Part shown: positions 11,787 through 23,600 of the stretch, piece by piece | How the letters are laid out: each line of letters opens with the position of its first letter | How positions within the stretch are numbered: position 1 is the stretch's first letter | DNA from: Azolla caroliniana | Lineage: Eukaryota > Plantae > Polypodiophyta | Length of the DNA: 64,000 nt | Direction: 5' to 3' | Assembly (NCBI GenBank): GCA_043228905.1 | Contig: JBHGNT010000006.1 | Span: 12,462,001-12,526,000 of the forward strand | Translations under genes and position numbers: made by a program | Notes under the pieces: generated by a model | Database searches by the model: none | What the model was told of the DNA's origin: nothing | Seen by the model: only the letters and a program-made list of their open reading frames with translations

Positions 11787-12908
11787 TAGGTGTGATTGCC
11801 AAGCAAATTTATGATTACAATTTCATTGACCATTTATGTTTTTAACACAGCGTGTGACTCCTATTCTTGCCAAGGTTTCATTCCTAGATTGAGATGACCA
11901 TTTATGATTTATATCACATATAATGTTTGTCAACCATGGGGCTCACACAATTTCATGCCTAGAACGAGATGACCATTTATGATTTAACAAAGCTTGCGCC
12001 TCCCACCTACCATGTCGCTCGAATCCATGACCACAAGGTTAAGAACCTTGCACTCTTCCATCAAAACTAGGGCAGCTCAGTTTGCTTGTCAAGCACATTT
12101 GATGACCATTTATGATTTAACACGGTTTTGAATGCCCACCGACCATGGGGTATCATGACCACAAGGTTAAGGTCCTTGCCCTCATGCAGTTGAGCTAGGC
12201 TGACTCGATGCACATACAAGGAAAGTAAATATTTATATCTAGAGTGAGATCACTATTTATGATTTAACATGACATGCGATGTCCTTTAACCTTGGTCCTC
12301 CAACCCATGACCACAAGGTTAAGAGACTTGCACTCTTCCAGAATGTGACACCCATTTGAGCTAGTCGGAGGAAATAAAATATTAAGTAATATTGCTCTCA
12401 TGAATTAGTTTAATAAAATTTCCATAATGTTGCTAGTGATTCTTCTAACCAAATAGAAGGTAATGAAACTGTTATTTTGCTGCTTTCTCATGGAATAGTT
12501 GATCAAATTTTCATTTTGTGACTATCATTCTTTTAACCAGACGAGGAATCACCTTAAATCCATGCAACAAACATATAATAGGTGCCAAGATCATGGACAA
12601 AAAAATTTGAACCATGTTATTTTTATTTTTTTATCCAAAAAATGAACCATGTTTTTACTCACTTGACCTGGGAGATGTGCAGTGCGAAGTATAGATGTCA
12701 AATAGTTGAACAAGATAAAGTTTTACATTGTAAAGCTTTCGCTGCTAATAAAAATCAACAACTTCCCAGCATCAAATATCCGGGATGCAGAACAAAAGGC
12801 TGATGTTGAATACAATAAAATATCTATATACTTTTGTACTGCTTGGAAAGAATATATATAGATATAGATATTCAACGTGAATCACAGAAATATACTGCAC
12901 TTTATTTG

Positions 12909-14206
12909 TCATGAGTAAACTAAGAACTTGCTGGTTTTGCAGTATTTTGCAGCAAAAGCTCGTCCATCACTAGTAGGTTGCAAGAAAGCACACTGAGAAA
13001 TATCGACAGCAAGACCATAGACAAATGAATTCCTGTAAATAAAAGGAAGAGACCTCTAACAAAACCTTTGCATCAAGAAAGAATGAGAATAGATCATTAA
13101 TGAAGAATGAGCTTGACCTTTTCGCTCAAAATCTGCTTACCTCATTGCATCAAGAAGTCTGGTGGCTATTCCGTGTCTCCTCTCCTTTCTGGAAACCCAA
13201 AGACCTCTTATACCACACACTGCAGGTACAGCAATATTGCTGAATACATCAGCATTTGGTGTGGCATCCTCATATTTGGATCTCTTCTGCACTACTTCTC
13301 TCTTAAAAGTGATATTACCAAAAACCAAAGTTTTTCTTGAGCTACTAGTCTTTGTTGCACCAACATCGCATAAAGGAATTTCATCTTTGTGTTGATTATC
13401 CTCTGGTCTTCTGACTTTCAATTTTTCGGACAACAGTGGATATGCTTGGTTTATTGGTTCCACAACAATACAACCCACTACCTTCTTTGAAGATATATAT
13501 AGATACACCTGCTTAATAGTAGTATCCATTAAAAATCATGTTCATCAGTCCTAAAACTCAAAAGGAAGATAGCAATGTGTGCTTATAAATCTATTTGTGG
13601 CAATAACTATTCAGATAGAAGGTTGAAAGAATCCTATGTACAAATTATACAAATGCTCTTCAGTTTTCCCATTCAAATCTTCAAGCTTGTGATACAAATT
13701 ACCTTTTACCTAAATTTGATGACTTTTGTGTTCTTACTTGTCTGTTATTAGTAAACTTAGAACAACCTATCTGATTATTCTTCTACATGAAATTCTCGTC
13801 AATGGTATATAAACAAATGGACAAAGTCAGCAAAATATCGCAAATCCAAAGCTTCCCTGTAGACATATAATGTACTGAGAATACACATTGCTAGACATGT
13901 TTGGCCATGTTAAAGGAACTTTGAATAAAAGACCAAAAAAAGATAGTAATCTGACAATAAAGTGTGCTGATTCACACATTTTTCTAGTAGAGATACTACC
14001 ATGTGACAGTGAGACTCCATTAATATTTTTTTGCTTTCAAACTACCAAAAATAGATGATCTTTGCATAAAATTACATTTTAACGAAGGTGGAAATCAATG
14101 TGAATGATAACCTTGCAACAGCTGAGAAGTAACCATCCTGGTTCAAGTTCAAGCTCTTTCTCCATTATCCTTGTCACTTCTTTAACCTAACGAATGCAAC
14201 ATTAAT

Positions 14207-14259
<53 letters not shown>

Positions 14260-15798
14260 ACAAGTCTTTGACCAAACCCAATCCTTGCATGAATCTCTCA
14301 ATACCACAATGTGTACTCTTGATTGCAAAATTCATTGGTAAAAATCTTGAAGATCGAGAGTCGCTACTCTTGTCCACGTGTATTATGTGGAAATGTTATA
14401 TTCTTTGTCTCATAGGTCATGTTTGACCTTCGAAGACAATAAAGAAATCTCTCTCACATACATATGCTGAACATAGAGATAATCATTGTCGGTATGTCTT
14501 GAATCAGATGTCATATGCATATGTTCACTAGCTCTGTTCGGATATAGCTTAAATCTAAACATGAACGAAAAGAATAGAGTGATCCAAACTGATATTAGCA
14601 AATTGGATAACTGAAGAACTTGGAATAGCCCGCCAACATCTCTTGCCAAGAAGATGGACAACTGTAAGGCACACTTTTTAAGCATATCAGACGATGGATT
14701 TATCATCAGGCTCTCTCTTATATCGACATACATCCATCTAATGTGTTGCACAATGTGATAGGGCAGTTGCGAACCTCTTTACACCAGTTACAGATTGAAG
14801 TAGGAAGATATGCATGCACACCTCTAGAAGAAGGAATTTTCCAATGGTGTCATCAAGGAATGTTATCTATCTGTCGCCGAATTTATTCTTATGAAATAAA
14901 AGAGAGATACCATTAACCAAGGATTTCACGTACTACACAAGGTAATGCAATATGCTGGCCAACGGAGCTTGGGGCTGTTCTTGCCTCTCTAACCAAGTCT
15001 TTGACCCACTACAGAAGGTAATGAATGCAATATACAGACCAGCAGTGCTTGGGCTGTTTTGCTAGAACTCAAGAGACACCAAGGGAAGTTGTTGAAGGAC
15101 AACAATACAACCACACAAGCTCATCATCAAAGAACAATCACAATTTTCTTTAGCCCCAAAGTCTGTGTTCCTAGAATCGAAGTCGGTGTTTGTCTAGATG
15201 AAAACACAATAATGTTTTGAAAATGCAAAATCACTATCTAAATATTCCCTAATTGTATCATATTCTTCCCTACTTTGTTCAACTAGTGAATATGTGGGGT
15301 AACTCATTATATTCTCTTCAGAAAAAAACTATGATATACCTTGAGATGATGCGGCAAAGGATCAGAATGCACAAATAGAATCACACGCTCATCATTCTTA
15401 TCCCCCTCCATAATTACTCTTTCCTTCTGCCATCCCTGATAGAAAAGAAGGATAATTTGACAAAAGACACAAGGAAAAGGTAAGAATAACATGAAATACG
15501 GCACATAGAGAACTTAACAGATAACAGACACAAGACGTTTATGTGCAACGCATTGCCTCTTATTAGCAGCATGTAAGGAAGACTTAACCTTTAGTACCCA
15601 ATTAGAAATAGAGAGGAACAGAGGAGAATTGGTAGAAAGAAAGAAGATATATTAACATCTTTTAGAAGCCAAAATGGCCTGTGAGACCATACCAGAGATG
15701 ACATCTTTAAATTAAGTTTGTCTTTGACAACAAAGATCCAAAATAAGTATAACTAAATGAATAGAGCTGTTATGCTACCAAAGACGCTCGTGTTTCCC

Positions 15799-15830
<32 letters not shown>

Positions 15831-16438
15831 GAAAACCCACACATTTTGTGTGGCTTCACACTACTCTAATATTGTGGAAACCATATATGTTTCACTCGAG
15901 AAAAACAGTGGATATTTATGTGATTGTGTACACACAAAAACCAGGTCATAATTAGTGGCAAGGATCTCCACTAGTAACCACACCTTGATTAGTTGAAAAG
16001 AGAAGAAGTTTTATTTTTCTGTTACCTTGAATGGAATTCCACGAATGCAGTTCATGTGAAATGCGGAATGTAGTTTCTCATCCTCGCCGTGTCCCCGAGC
16101 ATAGAAGAGACCGCATGTCTTACAAGTGGAATAGGAGAAATCCGATTGACCTAGGTCGAGAAATACCTGCAGCTTTGGTCGTCTATCATTATTTGGAAGC
16201 ATGGATTCAGCTGGAACTTGAGCTTGGGTTTCATCATCATCTTCTCCTAATTTTGGAGTATGTGCACTGCTCTGGAAGGATTCGTCTTCGTCTTCGTCTT
16301 CACTTTCATGTGCTTGAACTCTGTACAGAGAAGGGAGGGATTTGGTGACAAATCGAGAGTTGATTGCAAGAGGGAAGAGAGAGTGATGGGGAGCGTAAGA
16401 TACCTCTTTCTTCTTCGATATATGACAAGATCCGCCAT
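12909..16438 (-). CDS. CTF7: Cohesin N-acetyltransferase ECO1/CTF7 (ESCO family), 330 aa, 6 exons: 16438-16404, 16320-16026, 15435-15340, 14186-14112, 13508-13141, 13032-12909
   Basis: All introns GT-AG and phase-compatible (993 nt in total). PIP-like QVFLDLG, C2H2 finger CKTCGLFY...H...H, GWQKERV, VVGCIVVEPI, GNAT motif CGIRGLWVSRKERRHGIATRLLD, C-terminal AFLQPTSDGRAFAAKY...FLVY. Confidence 0.95.
14208..14254. repeat. (CT)n microsatellite in a CTF7 intron
   Basis: Directly visible dinucleotide run. Confidence 0.95.
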
Positions 16439-16898
16439 AGAATCGATCAGATGGTGGTCACCATATATATATGTACATATATTATTATTCGTCTGTCTTT
16501 CTTCCTTCTGCTTCTGTGTGTGTGTGTGTGAGTATGTACATATTATAAGTATCGCGCGCGAAAAGGAGCCTCTCCAAATTCTCCATAATGAGATGATGAT
16601 GATGATGACATGTAATTTTTTGATGACATGTAATTGTTCGTTTGTGATTCAAAAGCACCAAGAAAGGAAAGGAAAGGAAAGGAAAGGCCGGCTGGCCGGC
16701 ATGGGCGGGCAGGCAACCACGAAACGAATCAAACCCAACCACCTACCTATATGTTTGTCATCACCATATTGATATTATATTTTGGACCGAAACTTGGGAG
16801 CATGTTGCATAACGCATATATAATATAGATGGCCGGTCACCTTATAAAATCGATATGGCTTCACTCTAAATGGAATATTGGACGTGTAGGAATAGCAT

Positions 16899-17035
16899 GC
16901 ATTTACCATGAGGGATATTAGATCATTATATAAGATTATGTAATGCATTTACCATGAGGGATATTAGATCATTATATAAGATTATGTAAGGCATTTACCA
17001 TGAGGGATTAGATAATTATATAAGATTATATAAGT
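16899..17035. repeat. 46-bp tandem repeat x3
   Basis: gcatttaccatgagggatattagatcattatataagattatg at 16899, 16945 and 16991. Confidence 0.9.
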
Positions 17036-17049
17036 ATAATGATCACAAG

Positions 17050-17529
17050 CGATACTTATGGATAGAGATTAATTTAGGCAAAGAGAACCTCTGCATAGTT
17101 GCATGCTATGTTCCTCATAAAGATTCAAACCACTATAGTAGATTTGGATTGGAATGTGATGATCCTATCACAGAATTATGTGAAGACATACTTGTTTTCA
17201 AGAAGCTAGGTAAAGTGTTGATTATGGGAGACTTTAATGCTATATGTAGTTGGAAAGTACCAAAATATGGAATTATCGGAAGAAAATATAGTGTGGAACC
17301 TTGTGTATTACGTGACTCAAAGGATTGTATTGTGATGGATTATGGAAGAATTCTTATAAATGTTTTTCCTTTGACAAACGTACTCACATGTTTACCAACC
17401 TCAGGTGGAGGAAGAGTAGTAGATTATGTATTTAAGAAGGCATGTGATGTATCCATGGTGAATGCAATTAAGATTAGTCCTCTATTCTTGAACTCAAACC
17501 ATTAGCCCTTGTACTTGGACCTTACACTC
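17050..17529 (+). mobile_element. LINE ORF2 AP-endonuclease remnant; continues at ~30412-31020 after an LTR-element insertion
   Basis: ACYVP, LIMGDFNA, GGGRVVDYV and NH*PL motifs. Split at TSD CACTC. Confidence 0.75.
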
Positions 17530-17675
17530 TGATCAAAAACTTAGTAGCACTTAAACACTTATGTAAGACAAAACTATGTTGTGCAAGATTTTAAAGAAAA
17601 CAAGAAAGATACACAACAAACACTATGCACAGTACACCACCAAATTTTAACATGGAAAACCCTCAAAGAGGTAAA

Positions 17676-18207
17676 TGTTACCAGATGGGAAGAGAAGAGC
17701 TGAGTTGATGAGAAACTCGGTTGAGGCCGAAACCAAAATCGTGTAGACAACCAATTCGGAAGACTATACTTGTAAATAGTCTAAATATGCCCTTATGGGC
17801 TACACTTGTAAATAACCCAAAAGGTGTACTAGTATAAGTACTTAGGGCAATCATGATGATTATGATGAGTCATTGTTAAAAGTTACTTAAAAGGTCGTTG
17901 CCTCTATAACACTGCATAACAGTGAGTGAGTGAGAGGGAGAGAGTGTGTAACTGTGTAGCCATCTGTTGACGAAGTAGAATCTCGAGGTCGTTGCCTCGA
18001 AGCTTCTAGTTGTACTCCTCCTTTTAGCATAGTGATTCTGTTTCTCGGGGTTTGTGGACCCCCGTGGTTTTCCACGTTAAGATCGTGTGTTTCTATCTCT
18101 TGTGCTATTTCTATTTTCGTACTCTGTCCGAGTGCATTCTACTTTACGTTCCCTACACCCAAACATCCGAACGATAAGCCGGTTGTGGCCGGTCACGATT
18201 CTCGACA
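17676..18207 (+). mobile_element. Solo LTR inserted in the 3' LTR of the outer copia
   Basis: TGTTA...CGACA, absent from the sister LTR; near-TSD GTAAA/ATAAA. Confidence 0.75.
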
Positions 18208-18607
18208 ATAAAAACCACGGGACCTAGTCTAGAAATAATCAACTATCAATATAAATCTTATACACCAAAGTTAGACTCTAAGCAAGTTAGAGTATTATGA
18301 GAAAGCGAGGAATATGATGTTTCCTCAAAACCTAAACTCAACAAAAAGGACACAAAAACCAACCACCAAAACTCACAACATGTGGCTGATGACGGAGGTG
18401 GTGATGTTCGGATGTCTGAGTGTATTTGTGTACTCAAGAGTGCTTGAAGGATTCAGCCAAGAAAGAGAGTATGAGCTCTCTAAAATATGTTTTTCTCTGT
18501 TGCTCCAGAGAAATGCTTGTTTCCCCTTTTATAACTCACTAAAAAAAAGAGTTACATAGTGTAGATATGTAACGCCGTCTTGTGTGAACCCCTTTCACAC
18601 TATATTT

Positions 18608-19441
18608 CAAGGTTGTTAGGTACGTTAGGTACTGTACGGATACCATACGTATTTAACGTATTAATACCCGTATAGTACCTCCCAATTTAAAAATACGTTA
18701 AATACGTTTTCTTAATATGTTAAATACTTATAAAATACGTAAAATACGTATTTTACGCATAGTACGTTAAATACTTCTAGAATTTAAAAATTATTTACCT
18801 TTCTAAAAAATATCTATAATATTGTAAAAAACATCTATGTTTACACAATTTTGTGATGTACAATATAGTTGTACATCCTAAAATGCATATAAGACATTTA
18901 AACATTTCACATCCTAAAATACTTATAGTAATATAGATGTCGACATCCCCTTATTCTACAAATCAGTGTAAGTGTGTATCATGATGTTCTACTTCAAATT
19001 GTAATTATTTACAATTATGCCTTCATAGATTGAGGAATCGTCTATGATTATCACACTCATGATAGGTTTCTCTTTTCTTCGTTTTCTTCTTCTTCTTCTT
19101 CTATCTTCTGCAATTATCACACTCAGGACAGGTTTATGTCTTCTTTTCTCTCTTCTTCTTCTTCTTCTTCTTCATCGTCGTCTCTTCAATTCTTCTTTCT
19201 TCCTTCCTTTGGCTTCTTTTTCACTAAAATCTTTTTTTTACTTTTACTTTTTGTTGGGGTTTTACTTACATTTTCTTTATAAATATGTATTATACCTATT
19301 TTTTTATAAATACGTTAAATACCATATTGGACAAATGTACATGATATTTGACTGAACAACATTAAGGTATAGTACGTACTATACAAATGATGAGGTACTA
19401 TACGTATTCAAACGTTAAATACGGGTACGTAAACAACCATG
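18608..19441. mobile_element. Non-autonomous TIR DNA transposon (hAT-like MITE)
   Basis: TIRs CAAGGTTGTT / rc CATGGTTGTT, subterminal tacg repeats, exact 8-bp TSD CTATATTT (18600-18607, 19442-19449). Confidence 0.85.
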
Positions 19442-20623
19442 CTATATTTAAAAATTACAAGTTTTGGGCGTCCAAGGCCCATTTACATAGAATGTGGACA
19501 GAAAATACCTAACAATCTCCCCCTCTGGCTGTTGAGAAGCAAGCTCAACATGGTATGTGATGCTTATTAGGAAATAAGCTATAGTAGCTATTTAGCTACT
19601 TGTGAACATAAAGGAGAAACAACTAATTAGCTACTGACAGCTAATTAGCTACAGGCAGCCAATTAGCTGCATATGTAAGTAACTTATTACTTAGGTAAAA
19701 AGTAAGAGAGTAGGTAAGTAAGAAAATATACAGGAAGTATAACTCTGAGAGAGAGAGAGTGAGGATAGAGAGAAAGAACTCAGAGAGTGAGAGCAGAAGA
19801 GAGAAACAGATGAGAGCGAGTAGAGCTCTGCGTGTAATGAAATAAAAGAAGTTTTGGCTGCTACAGGGGTAAGTCTCCTTCCCCCTTCCCTTCTGTGTTT
19901 GAGCACCAAACGATCCAGCACACCACGATCCGCCGCGCACATAAGAAGAGCCCGAGTTGCTCATAAAGAAGAGTACAGAAGTGCATAGATCTTAGAAAGG
20001 TATTTCTCTGTTTGCTGATCTGAATCAGAAAGTTATTTGTTGAAGTAATCGTAGCAGAAACCCTAGTTTGGAAGAGATAATGGCTGCAAAGAATGCGGGC
20101 CAAATAGTTACAGAGAAACTAGATAAAAACAATTTCCCGGCGTGGAAATTTAGAATGACAAATTTCCTGATGGGGAAAGGATACTGGGATTACATTGAAG
20201 GAGACCTAGAAGAGGCTCCGGAGATCCTAGAAGAAAATGCCACAACAGCACAGATTAAAGCATTCAAAGATTGGAATCAAGGGGCAAGGAAGGTAATGCA
20301 TTGGCTCTCACTTAGCATCTCAGATTCGATGCTTGGGCACATACATGATGCTATGCTCCCAAAAGAAGCTTGGGACAGTTTGGTAAAACTGTTTGCAGTA
20401 AACACAAAAGCGAGAAAGCTACAGTTGAAGACTGAGCTAAATACCTTAGAAAAAGGTAAGATGTCAATAAATGAGTATGCTCTGAAAATAAAGAGCATAT
20501 GTGAATCACTTGCTTCTATCAATGTAAAGATAGAAGATGATGATAAGGTAGAAATATGCTTGAGAGGCTTAGGACCTCAATACAAAAGCTTTAAAACATC
20601 TATGCTTACAAGGGATAGTATCC

Positions 20624-23600
20624 TGTTGGGATTACGATCCCTTCGGATGGGATGGTCGGATGTCGGAGATGAATGCCGACGAGCCCGGTTTCGGTTTCGG
20701 ATCCGGATGTTGAAGACCCCGGCTTCGGTGCCGGATGACGAATGTACCCGGAGAGAGATCCGGATGCAGGGACATATCCGTGAATATGTCCGCTAAGGGC
20801 CCCCTGAGGCTATAGTTGTAAATAGCCCCAAAGTCATATATGTATAAATATGACTTAGGGCAAATAGTTTTATTGTTGCTAATCATTTTTCTGTTTTTCC
20901 ACTCAAGAGGAGTGAAGAGGGAGCAGCCGTGAGAGAGAGAGAGAGAGAGAGATAGAGCGTGAGAGAGGAAGAGGACTACGCCTCTGTGTATTTCCGCCGC
21001 CTGTGGCGAGGACAGCGAGCTCAAGGTCGTCGCCTTGCAGCTCGCCATTGTGTACTTCTCTTTGTATAGTGTTGGTTTGGAGTCTCGTACTCCCGTGGTT
21101 TTTCCCATCTAGGGTTTTCCACGTTAATCCCTGTGTATACGTGTGTTTCTCTCTGTGGTTCCTATTTTCTGCTGCATTGATTCGCGATTACTCGGTTGTG
21201 GCCGAGAGTGGTGAAGGTGAATCGAAGCGTTGATTCCCAACAAACTGGTATCAGAGCGGGTTGCTGCAGAAAATGGAAGGCGGCGGCAGCGGGCAGCCGG
21301 GGATGATGGTGCTGACTGCGCAGAATTACGCCGACTGGAAGATCAAGATGGAGGATCTTCTGATTGTTCGGGACCTGTACGAACCGATTGACAGGTCGGA
21401 AATACCAAAAGGGGTACTTGAGTCGGAATGGAGGCTTCTGAACCGGAAAGCCGTTGCAACCATTCGGCAATACGTCGACGTGAGCGTTCTACAACATGTG
21501 GCGAACGACACCAACGCATATGAGATGTGGCGGAAGCTGTCGGGCCTCTATGAGAGGAAGAATGCGTTGAACCGAACCTCCCTGATGAGGAAGATAGTGA
21601 ATCTCAAGTACCGGGACGGCGAGAGTATGGTGGAACACGTAAGCACGTTCATGGGATTCGTGAATCAGCTTGCGGCGATCAAGTTCCCGTTGGAGGATGC
21701 AATGCAAGCCATCATCCTGATGTGTACATTGCCGGAAAGCTGGGAGAACTTGGTGGTGACTCTCAGCACCTCCTGCACAGAAGATAACTTGTCCTTGCAA
21801 ACGGTAAAGACAAGTATTTTGAACGAAGAAGCGCGTCGGAGAGATAAAGAACCGGCCTCCGACCCGAAGGCGCTGCTTACCGAATCGGATCGGGGAAGAC
21901 AATGGAACCGGAGTCCGCAAAGACGGGAGAAGTCGGGGACCCGGTCGCAGTCAAGAGGAAGGCCCACATGCTTCCACTGTGGGAAACCGGGGCACTTCCG
22001 AAAGAATTGTCGGCATTACCGAAAAGACAACGGAGCCGACGACACCGATTCGAAGAAGTCACCGGAGAGAAACGGTGCATACCGGGGAGCCACGGACCGG
22101 AGAGGTTCGGATCGGCGAGGGCAGGACCGGAAAGGAACAACGGCACTCGCGGCAAGTAAGGAAGAAATCATGCTCATCACCGAAGAAGGTGAACTAAACG
22201 TTGCCGGCGATGAGACGACCTGGGTGGTCGATTCCGGAGCATTGTTCCACCTGACCCCGGAGAGAAGATACTTCTCATCCTACATAGCCGGTGAGCATGG
22301 CTGTGTTCGGATGGGAAATGAAGGTACGTGCCGGATTGCCGGCATAGGAGACGTGTGGTTGACAACCCCGACCGGATGCAAAATGCTGCTGAAGGATGTC
22401 CGACACGTTCCGGAGGTTCGATTGAACCTGATTTCGGCCGGGAGGCTAGACGATGAAGGCTACACAGGTAGCATCCGGAACGGCGTAATGAAGTTCAGCA
22501 AGGGGAGCCTGATAGTGGCTCGGGCCCGGAAGATCAACACACTGTACCTGATGAATGCCCGGTTATGTCCGGAAGAGCTGAATGTGGCAGCCGACACTGC
22601 CGGTGAGCTGTGGCACAAAAGACTGTGTCACATGAGTGAGAAGGGGATGAAGAGGCTTGCAGAAGACAACCTTATTCCAGTGAAGCATGTGCACCTGGAG
22701 AAGTGCACCGATTGCCTGGCCGGTAAGCAGAACCGAACCTCCTTCCACTCAAGGCCACCGACGAGACGTAGCGCACCATTGGAGTTGGTGCACACCGATG
22801 TGTGTCAGGTAGAAACGAAGTCACATGGCGGAGCCCAGTACTTCGTAACTTTCATAGATGATCATAGCCGAAGACTGTGGACGGCACCGATGAAGACAAA
22901 GGACCAAGTGTCGTCCGTCTTCAAAGAACTCCACGCGAGAGTGGAAAGAGAATCCGGCAAGAAGCTGAAAGCGATACGAGCGGATAACGGAGGGGAATAC
23001 CGGGGACAGTTCCAGGAGTACTGTCGCTCGAAGGGAATCCGACTCGAGTTTACTGTGCCGAAGACGCCGGAACTGAACGGGCTGGCCGAGAGGATGAACC
23101 GGACCATAATGGAGAGGGTTCGGAGTATGCTGGCGCATGCGAAATTACCCAAGGGATTTTGGGCTGAGGCAATGTCGACGGCGACATATGTGATAAACAG
23201 ATCACCGTCAGTACCTTTGGACGGAGACACGCCGCAGAGAGTGTGGACCGGTAGGGAAGTATCCTACCGGCATCTGAAGGTGTTCGGGTGTCTCGCATAC
23301 GTGCATGTGGCAAAGGACCGGAGAGGAAAGCTAGATCCAAAGACCCGGCCATGCATATTCCTCGGTTACGGCGACGACGAGTTCGGCTACCGAGTATGGG
23401 ACCCGGTCGACAAGAAGATATTCCGGAGTCGTGATATCATCTTCATGGAGAACAAGACACTCGCCGACTGGGAGTCGGAGAAGAAGATGAAGAGCTCCAA
23501 GTCAACCGGTGAGGATCAACTTTATGAGGAGCAGTCCCGACCGGCAAGGGACCGGTTAGCACTCGAGGATCCGGCTGAAGACGGTGAAGAAACAGAACCG

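Larger units (their letters stand above)
9641..12365 (-). repeat. Higher-order tandem array (~430-bp unit) of tRNA-Lys(CTT)-derived monomers
   Basis: Unit start gatttgacca at 9641, 10071, 10534, 10963 and 11691. Each unit = A-type tRNA copy + B-type tRNA copy + degenerate third segment. One A copy is deleted near 11350. Degenerate copies at 12004-12076, 12137-12205 and ~12285-12340. Confidence 0.93.

Noticed and set aside
571-12365. CRISPR-like arrays
   Set aside because: Units are tandem and homologous over their whole length with no unique spacers; there are no cas genes and the context is eukaryotic.
20632-21233. 158-aa and 76-aa ORFs duplicated at 25368-25969
   Set aside because: They lie inside the identical LTRs and are incidental frames.
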